Source of the DNA: Eledone cirrhosa
Lineage: Eukaryota
Direction of reading: 5' to 3'
Assembly: GCA_964016885.1 (NCBI GenBank)
Contig: OZ024758.1
Location: 21,328,001 to 21,392,000 of the forward strand
Length of the DNA: 64,000 nt
This document shows, piece after piece, positions 16,630-30,696 of this stretch (position 1 is its first letter; every line of letters starts with the position of its first letter). The notes under the pieces were generated by a model. The model saw nothing but the letters and a program-made list of their open reading frames with translations. It did no database searches and was not told the DNA's origin. The position numbers and the translations under genes are program-made.

Positions 16630-16661
16630 AGATCAATAGATGGTTAAAGGAGTTCCATATA

Positions 16662-16728
16662 TTTTATTATGCGCATTTCAAAAACAAACATCATCAAGCA
16701 ATAATATTTGTGTTTTCATCAGATAAAA
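16662..16728 (-). ncRNA. Type I hammerhead ribozyme (mirror copy)
   Basis: Exact reverse complement of 16851-16917. Confidence 0.8.
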
Positions 16729-16850
16729 CAGGAGAACATGATATGAAGGCTAAAAAACACTTGTGGATAGTGCAGTTTTAAATCAACATATGTTGATTTA
16801 AAACTGCACTATCCACAAGTGTTTTTTAGCCTTCATATCATGTTCTCCTG

Positions 16851-16917
16851 TTTTATCTGATGAAAACACAAATATTATTGCTTGATGATGTTTGTTTTTG
16901 AAATGCGCATAATAAAA
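16851..16917 (+). ncRNA. Type I minimal hammerhead ribozyme
   Basis: Stem I ttttat/ataaaa; CTGATGA; long stem II aaacacaaatattatt/gatgatgtttgttttt; GAAA; palindromic stem III tgcgca; cleavage triplet ATA. Confidence 0.82.
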
Positions 16918-17041
16918 TATATGGAACTCCTTTAACCATCTTTTGATCTTATATTATGCATACTCCAGTCCCACAAACTGTAGAGTGCTTCTTATCCGAT
17001 ATCTGCATTGCTTTATTGTACTACAATAAAACTCACCTCCT

Positions 17042-17818
<777 letters not shown>

Positions 17819-17829
17819 GAGATTGAAGG

Positions 17830-18800
17830 GAAGGCGGAGGTGCTATTATTCTAGGTGAACAGAAACCACCATGTTGTGATTAACGCTGTGGCCTCAAGAA
17901 GTGGAAAGGTCATTAATGGTGTACCATAAGACACAGTGATGGGACCACTTGTTTTCATTATTTATATTATGGATATCATATATGCCATCGTACAGCATAA
18001 TATATTATTCTAAGCTTCACAGAGTTATCAATGTCGTAAGGGCTTCTATATAATTTCCCACATATATGAACGCTATGATACAATAGACGAGAAAAAGTAT
18101 CATGCTCAGATATCCTAATATTCTATAGAAAAATGGATACTCTTAAACAGTCATATATATTGATATATATATAGAGAGAGAATCCTTGTCGAATCAATTA
18201 ACATCAGAGGTTTGCGTTTAACTGTAAATGAGCTCATACTCTCGAGTGAACACTTCAACAATATAACGCTCACATGGTGCGCGGATATACCCCTTTATTT
18301 TGTCAAATTTCACCTTCAGGAAACTTATCTTCATTACCTTTGTTTGATTCACCAAGCAACGTATTAGGAGAGAAGAAGCACACCAGAAACCATCCCTATA
18401 TAGATGAACAAAGTAAATCTAGATTACTTCGATTGGCTCGTAAAGTTTCTTACCAACGCCGCTACGAGCGCTACATCATTGGTACGATGTGTGAAATATT
18501 CCATCAACATTGCGCAAATGATGGTGCCATCATGTCTAAAGATTACCCAGGTATTATTTCCGTGCCAAGTATCATCTAAAGGATATCTAGCTCACATCCC
18601 ATAACAACATAACACTTTAATATTTCATCTCAACTGGCTTTGATATTTTTAGCATTTTAGAGACGCTACTCAAGGGAAGAAGAGAAAAGATAACTACCAG
18701 ACATTACATGAGGAAATTCCTTGAAAAGATGCCAGGTAAGTTACTTACATGTGGATATGTTTCGGTTAACAACAGAGGCCTAATAGTAGGCCAGGTGTCC
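17830..18800 (+). mobile_element. Decayed CR1-group LINE (RT to 3' end)
   Basis: VVINAVAS...VINGVP*DTVMGPLVFIIYIMDI (GVPQGSVLGP-like); later LDYFDWL, QRRYERYII and KFLEKMP...GYVS; stops and frameshifts. Confidence 0.75.
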
Positions 18801-19171
18801 ACAGTATAACCTAAATCTGAAATATGACTTACAAGACTTCTCCTGGCTGTCTAATCAACTTAGCCATGACCGAAGTTAACTCTAGCCAAAGCCTATCAAA
18901 TTCATCAAAGACGAAGTTATAAATTATATTACATTTGGCATATATGCATATATACAATCATACATACACACACAAATACACATCACACGCACACTCATCA
19001 TACACACACACATCACAGAGAGAGAGTGAGAGGGGGGAATTGTTGAAAGCGAGAGAAACATGTAGTTTGTGTGTATAGATATGCAGTATTATGCACCCTC
19101 TGTACTTAATATATTGAGTACATTATATAACTGCTGAGAACGTTTCACCCCCCCCCCCTCCATTACCACAC

Positions 19172-19239
<68 letters not shown>

Positions 19240-19308
19240 GTGTTGTTTTTCCATGTAAAGAATATATTAATATATATTAATATACATATACACACAGACA
19301 TAAATATG

Positions 19309-19384
<76 letters not shown>

Positions 19385-19784
19385 CGTATCCCTATATACG
19401 TAATATAATGATATACGCACGCTAACTCATAAACTTTCACACGCAAACATATGTTCATACGAAAGGAAAAAAAAATACCAAACTACCAGAAATGATATAT
19501 TTTATTGCATAGAATGGAAAACTTGCTTTTACTTCAGAAGGTGAGATTCGCAAATTTACAATGAGATATATGTAATACATATAAACAAATACACTCCATA
19601 TATGATATTGTTGGCAGTCATTAATTTAGGAAACACAAGTAAAGGAAAAAATAACATGTTCGCAACAGGAAATATATCATCAAGTAAGTCACATCGTATA
19701 TCATAATTTATGGCGGCTGTTTCATTTCGGAAAGTGATGCACTATGTATATAACTATATATATATATATGTATATATATATATT

Positions 19785-19847
<63 letters not shown>

Positions 19848-19859
19848 TTATATAAATAA

Positions 19860-19943
<84 letters not shown>

Positions 19944-20046
19944 ATACATATATATTTATATATATACTTACATACATACTTATATATATACTTACATATA
20001 TCTACTTACATATATATTTATATTTACATATTGTTATATATATACT

Positions 20047-20079
<33 letters not shown>

Positions 20080-20104
20080 GTATGTGTGTATACATATATA
20101 TACG

Positions 20105-20145
<41 letters not shown>

Positions 20146-20148
20146 GTT

Positions 20149-20267
<119 letters not shown>

Positions 20268-20313
20268 ATACATATATATACGTATATATATATATGCATA
20301 TATATATATGTTT

Positions 20314-20355
<42 letters not shown>

Positions 20356-20548
20356 ATATATATATATATATATAATTTTATGTAACATCCACGAAAAATA
20401 CTGATACACACGAAACCACCTAGCTAAATAAACCCATAATTATAAATATGCATGACTGCGTTCATACATACCCATATACATATTCTGACACACACACTCA
20501 TATATATATATATGTATATATATACATAGATATATGCACACACACACG

Positions 20549-20618
<70 letters not shown>

Positions 20619-20832
20619 GGCTGCCATATATATCGTTTTCGAGTATGGACACTACTTTATATCCATGTTGGTGAACCCTTACCTATGCGCTGAACGAGTG
20701 TGACTTTTTAGTCCACCTAGCGACTAGATACATTTATCTGAAAATATAATCAGAATGGGCATGTTGATGCGGTACTCCTTTTCTTCTATTGTAGCCGGCT
20801 GTATTCTCACATCTCTTTCATTATTTAACCCT

Positions 20833-20922
20833 TTACCCTTTCATCCTTACAGGGTCGATAAAATAAAGTACCAGTAATGCACTGGGCTATTGCTTGTCTT
20901 GTGTCTAACGTACAAACAATTA
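20833..20922 (+). mobile_element. 3' half of SINE S1
   Basis: cctttcatccttacagggtcgataaaataaagtacc... Confidence 0.8.
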
Positions 20923-20923
20923 T

Positions 20924-21151
20924 TTAACCCTTTAGTATTTAAACCGGCCGTATCTGGCCAGAATTCTCTCTCTTCTTTCTGTTCAAACCGGCTGTATATA
21001 TCCATTAATATTGATGTTAAGGTATTGTTCTAAGATAAATAATATCAAAATCTCAAAGGTTCCATATTATGTGAGATATTATATGCGATAAAACCTTTAC
21101 TGTAAAAAAAACAATAGTAAATATAGAGTAATGTAAATGCTAAAGGCTTAA
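20924..21151. mobile_element. piggyBac-type MITE (~220 bp)
   Basis: TTAA-CCCTTTAGTATTT...AAATGCTAAAGGC-TTAA termini; related copies at 27701 and 28034. Confidence 0.75.
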
Positions 21152-21185
21152 GCAGAAACCTTTGAGAGATCACAACTCCAATACC

Positions 21186-21292
21186 ATGGAAAGAATATCT
21201 GGACAGATTTTACGGGCAAAACCAGCCGGCAGAAGACCTAGGGTTACACTCCGAGAGAGATGGTTGGATAACATCCATGAACTTGGCTGGAA
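21186..21292 (+). mobile_element. RTE-clade LINE 3' fragment
   Basis: ERISGQILRAKPAGRRPRVTLRERWLDNI, matching the RPRGRPRxRWxDxI motif. Confidence 0.7.
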
Positions 21293-21627
21293 AGTGCTTT
21301 GAGAAAACAGCACCAGGCTTCACTACGAAGTATATAAAAATATCGAAATAACAGTAACAAGTAAACGTTACTCCATCATTATGTTTTTCTGTTCTTATTC
21401 TAAATGTCTGAAGAGGTCAAATATATTGCATAATAGTTATCACTGAAATATATATTACATAGAAAATAGATAAACGAAGTTTATTTTAATCTGTTAACTT
21501 ACACTTCTTCTATCTCGGTCTATATTATACTTCACGCCTACTCGTTTGTTTTTCCTATACATTTAAATTTATATATAAATATACAATGATATTAAATAAA
21601 TGGAAACCATATTCATAAAACCATATT

Positions 21628-21692
21628 TATTCTATTATATATATATTTCAAGGGTACCAAAACACTTTGGTACGCTTTCATCAGATAAAATA
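21628..21692 (-). ncRNA. Type I hammerhead ribozyme
   Basis: Stem I tattttat/atagaata; CTGATGA; stem II aagcgtaccaaa/tttggtaccctt; GAAA; stem III tatatata; ATA cleavage triplet. Confidence 0.75.
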
Positions 21693-21758
21693 CCCAGGAG
21701 AATCATACCTTATCAGTAGGATATTCTCTGGATATATATATATAGTAATAATAATAAT

Positions 21759-21947
21759 AATTGTTTCTACTTTTGGGCACAAGGCCAGCAATTACCCAGA
21801 GCATTACTGGTACTTTATTTTATCGACCCCGTAAGGATGAAAGGCAAAGGTAACCTCGGCGGGATTTGAACTCAGAACTGTAAAGGGAAGTAACTATGCG
21901 AGAAAGCATGGTGTCTGACGCTCTACCGATTCGGCCAATCTACCACC
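21759..21947 (-). mobile_element. SINE S1 with TSD
   Basis: Full copy flanked by atagtaataataat direct repeats. Confidence 0.9.
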
Positions 21948-22034
21948 ATAGTAATAATAATAATAATAATATATACATATATATATGTATATATATCTAA
22001 GACGGGTATAATTCCCGAGATTCATGGATGAGTT

Positions 22035-22260
22035 TTTTTGCAGCGGTCTCTGTCCCTCATCATCACTGCCATTTCCTGCGTCTCCTAGAGACCAGTGTCT
22101 GTCCTTAGGGCATCAACATATGTCAACCAAGGTCTTCCTCTTCCAGTGTAATCATGCATGGGCTCCCACAGGAGCACTGAGTGCAGTGTCAACTCTGGAT
22201 ATCGGTGAGCTTGTCCAGCTAACACCTCAGTCTCCTCTGAGTCACTTTCGATCTGTAACA
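22035..22260 (-). mobile_element. RTE-clade LINE 3' fragment
   Basis: KVTQRRLR/LAGQAHRYPE...VLLWEPMH...RGRPWLTYVDALRTDTGL...EMAVMMRDRD with frameshifts. Confidence 0.8.
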
Positions 22261-22383
22261 CTGGCTCAGAGCATGAGAGTTAAGGCGAAAAATATATCGG
22301 ATACACACACATATATATATATATATATATAGTGAAATCAAATGACAAGGTCGATTGGTTACTCCTTCATTGCGTTTACTGGC

Positions 22384-22471
22384 GGGGGACGCGCGTTTCG
22401 CCACTGATCAACTCAAGGTTCGATCTGTATCGATCTATCCCGACTCTGTAACCCGCGGCTCGTCAGACCCC
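22384..22471 (-). ncRNA. Type I hammerhead ribozyme in (TA)n-flanked element 22331-22477
   Basis: gggg-t CTGACGA gcc...~55 nt...ggc GAAA cgcgcg TC cccc; palindromic stem III; GTC cleavage site. Confidence 0.8.
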
Positions 22472-22520
<49 letters not shown>

Positions 22521-24040
22521 TGAAGTAATTCCATCGGAAAAGTCCAGGAAAAAAGAGTGCTCTATGTATGCAACAGAGCTTAATTATTATTATTATTATG
22601 TAATAAACAACATAAGGCAATTATTCCATTTACCAGTGGTTTCTTAAAAGCAAAAGGTTTTGCTTTCAATCCTCAGAATGAAAAATCCTGGTTTGTTTAT
22701 TGAATATGGATTCTAAAAACCTTACATATATATATATATATATACATATATGTAAATGTATGTATATATCTATTTTGCAATATATCACTATTACTACGGG
22801 ATGGCCAGGTAACATAAATTAAAGGCGTGGTATATAACAAATGAATATTGTTTCATGTATATTGATCCTATGTACATCTTCTGATGGTTCAAAAGAACTG
22901 TAGAAGTATATTACATTTTCTTGCCAAGGTAGCACATAATATTATGAGCTTGGTCAGCTATCATAAACTGTGTGTTAGCTACAACGTTAGTTTTCGTAGT
23001 GGAAATCAATTAAAATACGATCCATTTTATTGCGTTTTCTCAAAAATTATTTACAGATGCTTATAGTTAACATTAACAGCAGTAGATGTCGAATGTATAT
23101 ATTGTCAATATATTCAGCAGATTTTCGATATTTTAGTAGTAAATATTAGCAATAACCGTATAGAGAATTTTTAAAAGGAGACAAATCAGAAAAGTATAAC
23201 AAGGAATAATATATAGATTGAAAACTAAGTCGACTAATCGAATCTACGTGTGTGTATCTGATTGTGTACGTGTATGTGTGAGAGAGGGGGGGGGCGTAGA
23301 CAAATAATGTGTGAGATAGAGAGAGAGAGTGAGATGAGAGAGAAGAAAAATATAAGAGAGAGCGAGAAAGATAGAGAGAAGAGAAGCGAGTAGAGAGAGA
23401 GAGAGAGAGAGCTACAAGATAGAGAGAGAAAGAAGAGAAAGATAGAGAGAGAGAGAGAGAGTGTGAGAAAGAGAGGGGCAGAGACAGAGAGTGAGATAGA
23501 TAAATAGATAGATAGAGAGTGAGATAGATAGAGAGAAGCAAAGAGAGATCGAAACAGAAAGAGAGAAACAGAGAGAGAGAGAAACAGAGACAGAGAGAGA
23601 GAGAGAAACAGAGACATTAACCCAGAGAGAGAGAGAGAGAGATTGAGTGTATGTCAGTGTTTGTGTGAACGTGAATAAGTCAAAGTTGGTTTAATCTCAG
23701 TGGTTAGTACGCCTCTCCAGGGAAGTTAAATTCCTAAAGATACGTTCTGTTATTGAGTAAGACATTGCATTTCTCCTTGATTCAGTCCACTCTGCTACAG
23801 AAACAGTTGTTTCTATAACAGAAGCTGAAAGGGTCGGATTTAACAAATATTTTCTTACACTCAATCTCCCTGAGAACTAATATTACAGTTTGAATCAATC
23901 GACAAGTTCCCAGACCTCATTGGCGTACCCAGTGGTCAGGTAGTCAAACCGGACGGAGGAAACTATGTTTCCATTGGTCATACCAACTGTTGTTGCTGTT
24001 ACTATGTCACTGACTCAGCTCCGAGCAGAATATTTATCTA

Positions 24041-24155
<115 letters not shown>

Positions 24156-24161
24156 CCTCTC

Positions 24162-24361
24162 NNNNNNNNNNNNNNNNNNNNNNNNNNNNNNNNNNNNNNN
24201 NNNNNNNNNNNNNNNNNNNNNNNNNNNNNNNNNNNNNNNNNNNNNNNNNNNNNNNNNNNNNNNNNNNNNNNNNNNNNNNNNNNNNNNNNNNNNNNNNNNN
24301 NNNNNNNNNNNNNNNNNNNNNNNNNNNNNNNNNNNNNNNNNNNNNNNNNNNNNNNNNNNNN
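24162..24361. other. Assembly gap (200 N)
   Basis: Run of n. Confidence 1.
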
Positions 24362-24624
24362 AGAACTGCGAAACCGGTAAAGGAACCAAATAAATATATA
24401 TATATTTTTTTTTAAATAAGACTCCAGTTGCATTTTCGATTTCATCTCTTTTTCTTTATACTTTCACTCGTGTAGGACACCTCGGTTATTTTTCATTTTG
24501 TAAAAAAAAACTCACTTTCTAATATATATATATATATATATATATTAGAAAGTGAGGTTTTTTTTACAAAATGAAAAATAACCGAGGCGTCCTACACGAG
24601 TGAAAGTATAAAGAAAAAGAGATG
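24362..24624 (+). mobile_element. Family D element 3' part, with inverted copy of its tail across (TA)n
   Basis: Same sequence as 55134-55283; palindrome 24443-24624 with a TA loop. Confidence 0.75.
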
Positions 24625-24845
24625 TGGGTGGGTGGGTGTATGTGTGTGTGTATTTGTCTATATATGTGGGTGTGTGTATGTGTATGTGTGTGTTTATGTG
24701 CGTGTGTGTGTGTATATATGTGTGTTTCTATGTGGTTTCGATCGGCAATACTGCCAATATTGGCAACATGAATACCGCCGAATAAAGAATATCTGTTTCA
24801 ACACACGATTTCACATTGAAAATGTTGCGAAAGATTACATAAACC

Positions 24846-24927
<82 letters not shown>

Positions 24928-26157
24928 TTGTGTATATATATGCAGGGAGAGAAGAAACAAGAGATATAGAGAGATATGGAGAAAGATGTATATATGCGAC
25001 GAGTTTTTATGGTTTTGAGATTGGCATGAGTATTTGTAGAGATAAAATCCCAACGTTTCTAATATATTTGCAACTATTTAATACATTAAGCTACATTGGA
25101 TATAATCCGTATTTTATATAATGACAAGAATTCTAAAACTGCTAATGTTAAGTTACAACATTGGTTGCTTATCTTGTTATTCCTCACGTTCTGAATTCAT
25201 ATATATATATATATATATATGTGGCTATTGATATTTGTTACAATAAGTATTTAATACAGTAGTTAATGATGTATGTGAAATCAGTCTGCAATAATTTTAC
25301 TGAAATAAAAAAAATAGAATACACACTAAATCAACAGAGCAGAGAAATAACAAAACAAACCAAGATAATATAAAAACTAGCTATAGAACGGTATTAAAAC
25401 ACAATAACTATATCAGTATCAGCTTAAACATCAACTCTAACAATGACAACATTGTGACAGCATTAACTACAACCACTATCACAACAACAAACACTACTAC
25501 AATGACATCAATAATAATAACTTCAATAACAGTTACACTCTTATAACAATAACTCTAAGAAGATGAAATGAAAAATAAAAGGCAACAAATATAGAAATAA
25601 AACAAATAAACAAACAATACTATTAAATAATCAAATAAAACATCATAAAATTGACAAAGGCAATGACGACAATAAAATGAGCAAGGACATTAAAAATGCT
25701 CTGGCAATGTTCCTTTGGTAAAATGATACCTGAGAGATCACAAGTTGAGAATATGGAAATAGATTAATTTAGTAATGTTTGTGGGTATGATGCAAAAACT
25801 AGGATGGATTTGAAGCATGAAATATTGCAACCACAGCAGACAAAATAATACAAATATTACATTTTATCTTTTATATTAAACTGAACTACTTCACATTATA
25901 TATTTTCATATGACTCTATACTACATTTTCTGTACAAGTTTCGTGTTTCGATCGCATTGAAAGTCTAAATAAAATTGTAAATTTCAAGCATGTCATGTCT
26001 GTGCAGTTGTTTTTTTTTATTTAACAGCATGATAGGCAGTGGGTTGGCAATGCCAGTAACGCACCAGTACCAGTAAGACCCTGGGTCGAATTAATTGTCC
26101 CCCCCCCCCCAAAAAAAAAGATGACTGGTCTTGTGTCTAAACAGAAACCATCATTTA

Positions 26158-26346
26158 GTGGATTGGCAGTATTGGTAGAGGGTCGGACGCCATGCTTTGA
26201 CTCATTGAGTTACGGACCTTGCCATTCTGAATTCAAATCCCGCCGATGTTAACTTTCCCTTTCATCCTTACGGGGTCGATAAAATAAAGTACTAGTAATA
26301 CACTGGATAATTGCTGGCCTTGTGCGAAAAAAGTAGAAACAATTAT
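26158..26346 (+). mobile_element. SINE S1, with degenerate relatives on both sides (26038-26150, 26370-26540)
   Basis: Consensus match. Confidence 0.88.
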
Positions 26347-26962
26347 TTAACTAAATGATATGCTATATTTTGGCAGAATCGGTACAACATGCTTTGCGGC
26401 ATAGAGTTAGGGCCATTTACGTTCTGATATCAAATCAACCGAGGTTAGCTTTGCCTTTCATACTTACAGACTCGATTTAGTCTATTTTCTCCTTCCTATC
26501 AAATTGCTGGTCTTGTGCCACAAAGTAGAAACCAGTATTTAACTACAGGTATATTCTCACAGAATACACCAATTATATTTTCTTACCCTAACCATAACCT
26601 TTCCCAGATTTCCAGATAAAACTCATCAAAAGATAAGTTATTTACGGTCAGGCCGTCAGTTTGATTCCTAGCAGTGCTTTGTGTCCTTCAAAAAGAAATT
26701 TTTTGTTAAGTTGATAAGCTTACTCAAGTAGTAAAAATGATTCGTACCTGCTATGCAAAGTGGGCAGTATCGTCACACACTTACTAAAGATGCATCCCCC
26801 TAAGTTATGTGTTAAATGTACGCGGTACCCCAACGTGGTGCTCCAGCATGGCCTCCGCATATGGGCTGGAATACGTAATAGACTAATAGAGTATCTCTAA
26901 AATGCTCAAACAGCTGCAAATAGTTTCACAAGCAATTGTGTCCCTTGATCAAACAACGGATA

Positions 26963-27255
26963 CACCATCATCATCACCAACATTACCATCACCAGCATCA
27001 CCACCATCACCATCACCACCACCATCACCATTACCATCATCATCGTCACCACCACCATCACCATGATCATCGTCATCATCGTCACCATCATCACCATCAT
27101 CATCATCATCGTCACCATCATCACCATCACCATCACCTTCATCATCACCATCACCACCATCACCATCATCATCATCATCATCACCATCACCATCACCTTC
27201 ATCATCACCATCACCACCATTACCATTATCATCACCGCCACCACTATAACCACCA
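26963..27255. repeat. (CAT)n/(CAC)n microsatellite
   Basis: Directly visible; source of poly-His/Met ORFs. Confidence 0.95.
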
Positions 27256-27700
27256 CGTCCACATTTCCTTTCTTGAATTGAGCGAGATACTTTTAGGCAA
27301 TGTTTTACAATCGGATGTTCTTCTTGGCGCCAATCTTACCTTTTAGTCTATGCTTACGATACACAGGTATATACACATATATACAATATATACACATATA
27401 TACAGTATATACATTAGGAAATGGAGGTATGGCTATACACACTCATTTGTATTTTTACCACTTTCATGCTTCTTTCATGACTCATCATTTCTGCTCTTGC
27501 CACATCCCCACTCCCAGAATGTCGTAGTACAGATCTTGAGTCTACTAGCGTCACCAGACGTTGGTCTCCCTCATATTGAGAATCAATCACTGGTAGATAG
27601 CAACAGAAACAGCATATATACCAATATATAAACAGCGGAAAAGAATAGATTCAAACCAGCAATGGACACCACAACATCTGTGCACACTGGACTGAAATTC

Positions 27701-27901
27701 ATATCTGGCCAGAATTCTCTCACCTCTTTCTGTTCAAACCGGCCGTAACTGACTGCGCTTACTGACGTTAAAATATTGCTTTCAAAATAAATAACATCAA
27801 AATCTCATAGACTCGATATTATGTGAGATAATTATGTAAGATAAAGCCTTTACCACAAAAACAATAGTATTTATAGAATAATGTAAATGCTAAAGGATTA
27901 A
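27701..27901. mobile_element. Left-truncated piggyBac-type MITE
   Basis: Similar to 20924-21151; ends aaatgctaaaggattaa. Confidence 0.7.
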
Positions 27902-28033
27902 AAGACTAATAAACACAGTAACATTAGAAGCAACAACGATAACAATATATAAGCAGCGAAAACGAATAGAATCAAACCAGCGAGGGGCGTCAAAACAACA
28001 ATGCCCACTGGACTGAAATACGAAAACCATGAT

Positions 28034-28262
28034 TTAACCGTTTATCATTTAAAGCAGCTATATCTCGTCAAAATTCTCTCTTCTCTTTCTGTTCAAACCG
28101 ACCGTAACTGGCTGATCATACTGACGTTAAGGTATTGCCCTTGAAATAAATAACATCAAAATCTCATAGATTCGATATTATGTGACATAATTATGTAAGA
28201 TAAAGCCTTTACCACAAAAATACAATAGTATATATAGAGTAATGTAAATGCTAAAGGGTTAA
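28034..28262. mobile_element. piggyBac-type MITE
   Basis: TTAA-CCG...AAATGCTAAAGGG-TTAA. Confidence 0.75.
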
Positions 28263-28274
28263 AAGAGTAATAAT

Positions 28275-28455
28275 AGTTTCTTATATAAGCACATGGCTGG
28301 CAATTTTGGGGGGAAGGAAAATTCGATTAAATCGACCCCAGTAAGGATGCAAGGCAAAGTTAACCTCGGCGGGATTTGAACTCAGATCATAAAGGACCGT
28401 AACTCTATGCAGCAAGGCATGGCGTACGACTCTATACCGATACTGCTAAACCACC
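28275..28455 (-). mobile_element. SINE S1 long-tail variant with internal deletion
   Basis: Reverse-complement match. Confidence 0.8.
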
Positions 28456-30446
28456 CCGCAAAGGGTTTCAAGACTATAATAGCAGTAATATTAGAAGAAA
28501 TAACGATAGCAATATATATACATCGACAAAGAAAAGAAAAAAACAGCAATGGGCGACACAACATCAATGTACACCGGACTGAAAGAGCCAAACCACGATT
28601 GAAATAAGTAATAACAGTATATGTTTCGCATTACACGAAAGCAGCTACTTACTGTCTATGAAACAATTCACACAGCCATTGCATGAATTTAGATATATTT
28701 GAATATCAGAATTAGTGGTGAAAAAAACAAAACAGATGCAAAATATAAGCAGCATTCATAGTAAGACAATGTTTAAAATTCTCCATCCAAGCCATAGCTA
28801 CACATCTATATTTACACTGAAATATCACATGGTTAACAGTCTTCAATGTTCTTCGCCGGCATTTTTTTAACTTCCAAATTTCAATAATTTCACAAAACAA
28901 GAAGTAGTAATAGTAGTAGTAGTTGTTATGGTGATGGTTAATGTGATAGTTGTGGTAGCGGTAGCATCAGCATGACTCCATAAAAACAAAATTACGAATT
29001 TAAGTAAAGTAGTCTTGTTAAGCACGAACGTCAGAATATCTTCAAATATCATTAACGATGATGGTGATGTTCCTAGGTCAAGAAAAAACGTTAGATTTTC
29101 AAGTACAATTAGAAAACAAAACTCAAAACTGAAAACAGAAAGACATTATACAATGGCGAAATGTATTTTGCTTAAAGAAAGAAGAGGTTGAATAAAAGAA
29201 AGAATTAAAGGTGACTTGTGTAAGTTTAATTCAAAAAATTATTATTTTGACAAGTAACAATAATTTGGAATCGAATATCATGAAACATATCTTTATTTCG
29301 TCGTAAAGCGAGAGCAAACGTATCCTTACTTTGTCGTAAAGCGAGGAATATTTCTATATTTCCTATTAAGTCACAACACACTGACTGATGTGTTACGCTG
29401 ATTAATTGACTAAAAAAATATTGTTAATACTTAGTCAAGAGGAAGGGCAAAATATTGGGTGGAAGAGGAACAAATATCCTAAAGTCTGAGACCAGTTCAG
29501 AAGGCGTACAATAGAATTTGTTCTACGACCGGCACTCTTCATCCAGGGGGTAATTCTAAGCGGGGTAGCTGAGTAAAAATGCAAAGAACCTGAACCAAAC
29601 TTTATTCCACCAGTTTATTTGTCTTGCCAGGTAGATTATCTCGAAGGGTGGGAACTTTGTGTATATTAATCCTTCCATAAGTACGAGATATCAGAATGTT
29701 AAGGGGAGAAATGAAAATATATGGAGTAGGTCCAATTATGTTACTACGTTGGTCAGAGGAGAATATATATTTATATAGGGTTATGATACAGCCGGTTTAA
29801 TAGACATATACGGCTAGAAATTATTTTATCAAACTAAACAAAAATGTAGTTACTGATCTAGTAGAGTAAATTTACAAGAACAAGCAAATTCGATTAAATC
29901 AACCACATTTATAATAATTTTATATATATTTTATATATATTTTATCCACCCTGGCATGTGGAATAGCCAAACTGATGTCAGTGTTATTTGAATTCTGAAA
30001 GCAAAGGACTGTAATTAAACGCTGTAAAGCATGTTGTCGGACTTGCCAACACCTGAATATTCTTGTTGTTTTTTCTGCTGCTGCGATACTTTCCTAATAC
30101 CCGCAATTATTACTTGAATACTATCAGTATCCATGGATGTCTTGAGACTATATTATATTTCTGGAACGATTAAGTGTACAGCTTTGATTTAAATCCTTCT
30201 AATTATCGTTGAACGTGCAATCTTAGAAGAAAATGTAGTTTTCTATAAGTGTGTCTACTCACCTCCATTTTTTTTTTTTTGTAATGTTTATCTTGACATC
30301 AAGATATAACCATATATTATAAACAGCGACGTAAAATTGTCAACGATAAAACATTGGATCACATTTGTTCAGTTGTCTGTAGACAATGTGTTAGTAAAAT
30401 TATATTAAATGTTTTGAAAACGCAATATTATATATAGCAAAAGGAC

Positions 30447-30660
30447 GGTGGATAGGTAGTATCGGTAGAGGGTTGGACGCCATGCTTTGCAGCATAGAGT
30501 TACGGCCCTTTATGATCTGAGTTCAAATCCGGCCTAGGTTAACTTTGCCTTTCATCTTTACGGGGTCGATAAAATAAAGTACCATTTACGCACTGGGGTC
30601 GATTTAATCGACTTTCCCCTCCCCCAAAATTACTCGACTTGTGCCTATATAAGAAACCAA
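30447..30660 (+). mobile_element. SINE S1 long-tail variant with TSD
   Basis: Flanked by caat(a/g)ttatatatagca direct repeats. Confidence 0.88.
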
Positions 30661-30696
30661 TGTTATATATAGCATATACTTTACATTATATTAATA

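Larger units (their letters stand above)
16622..17045 (+). mobile_element. (TA)n-embedded fold-back element family C: 168-bp-arm palindrome plus ~85-bp tail
   Basis: Spacerless palindrome 16622-16957 centred at 16789/16790 with one mismatch seen; tail 16958-17045. Confidence 0.85.

Noticed and set aside
26936-27346. Poly-His ORF as a histidine-rich protein
   Set aside because: CAT/CAC microsatellite with no non-repetitive coding context
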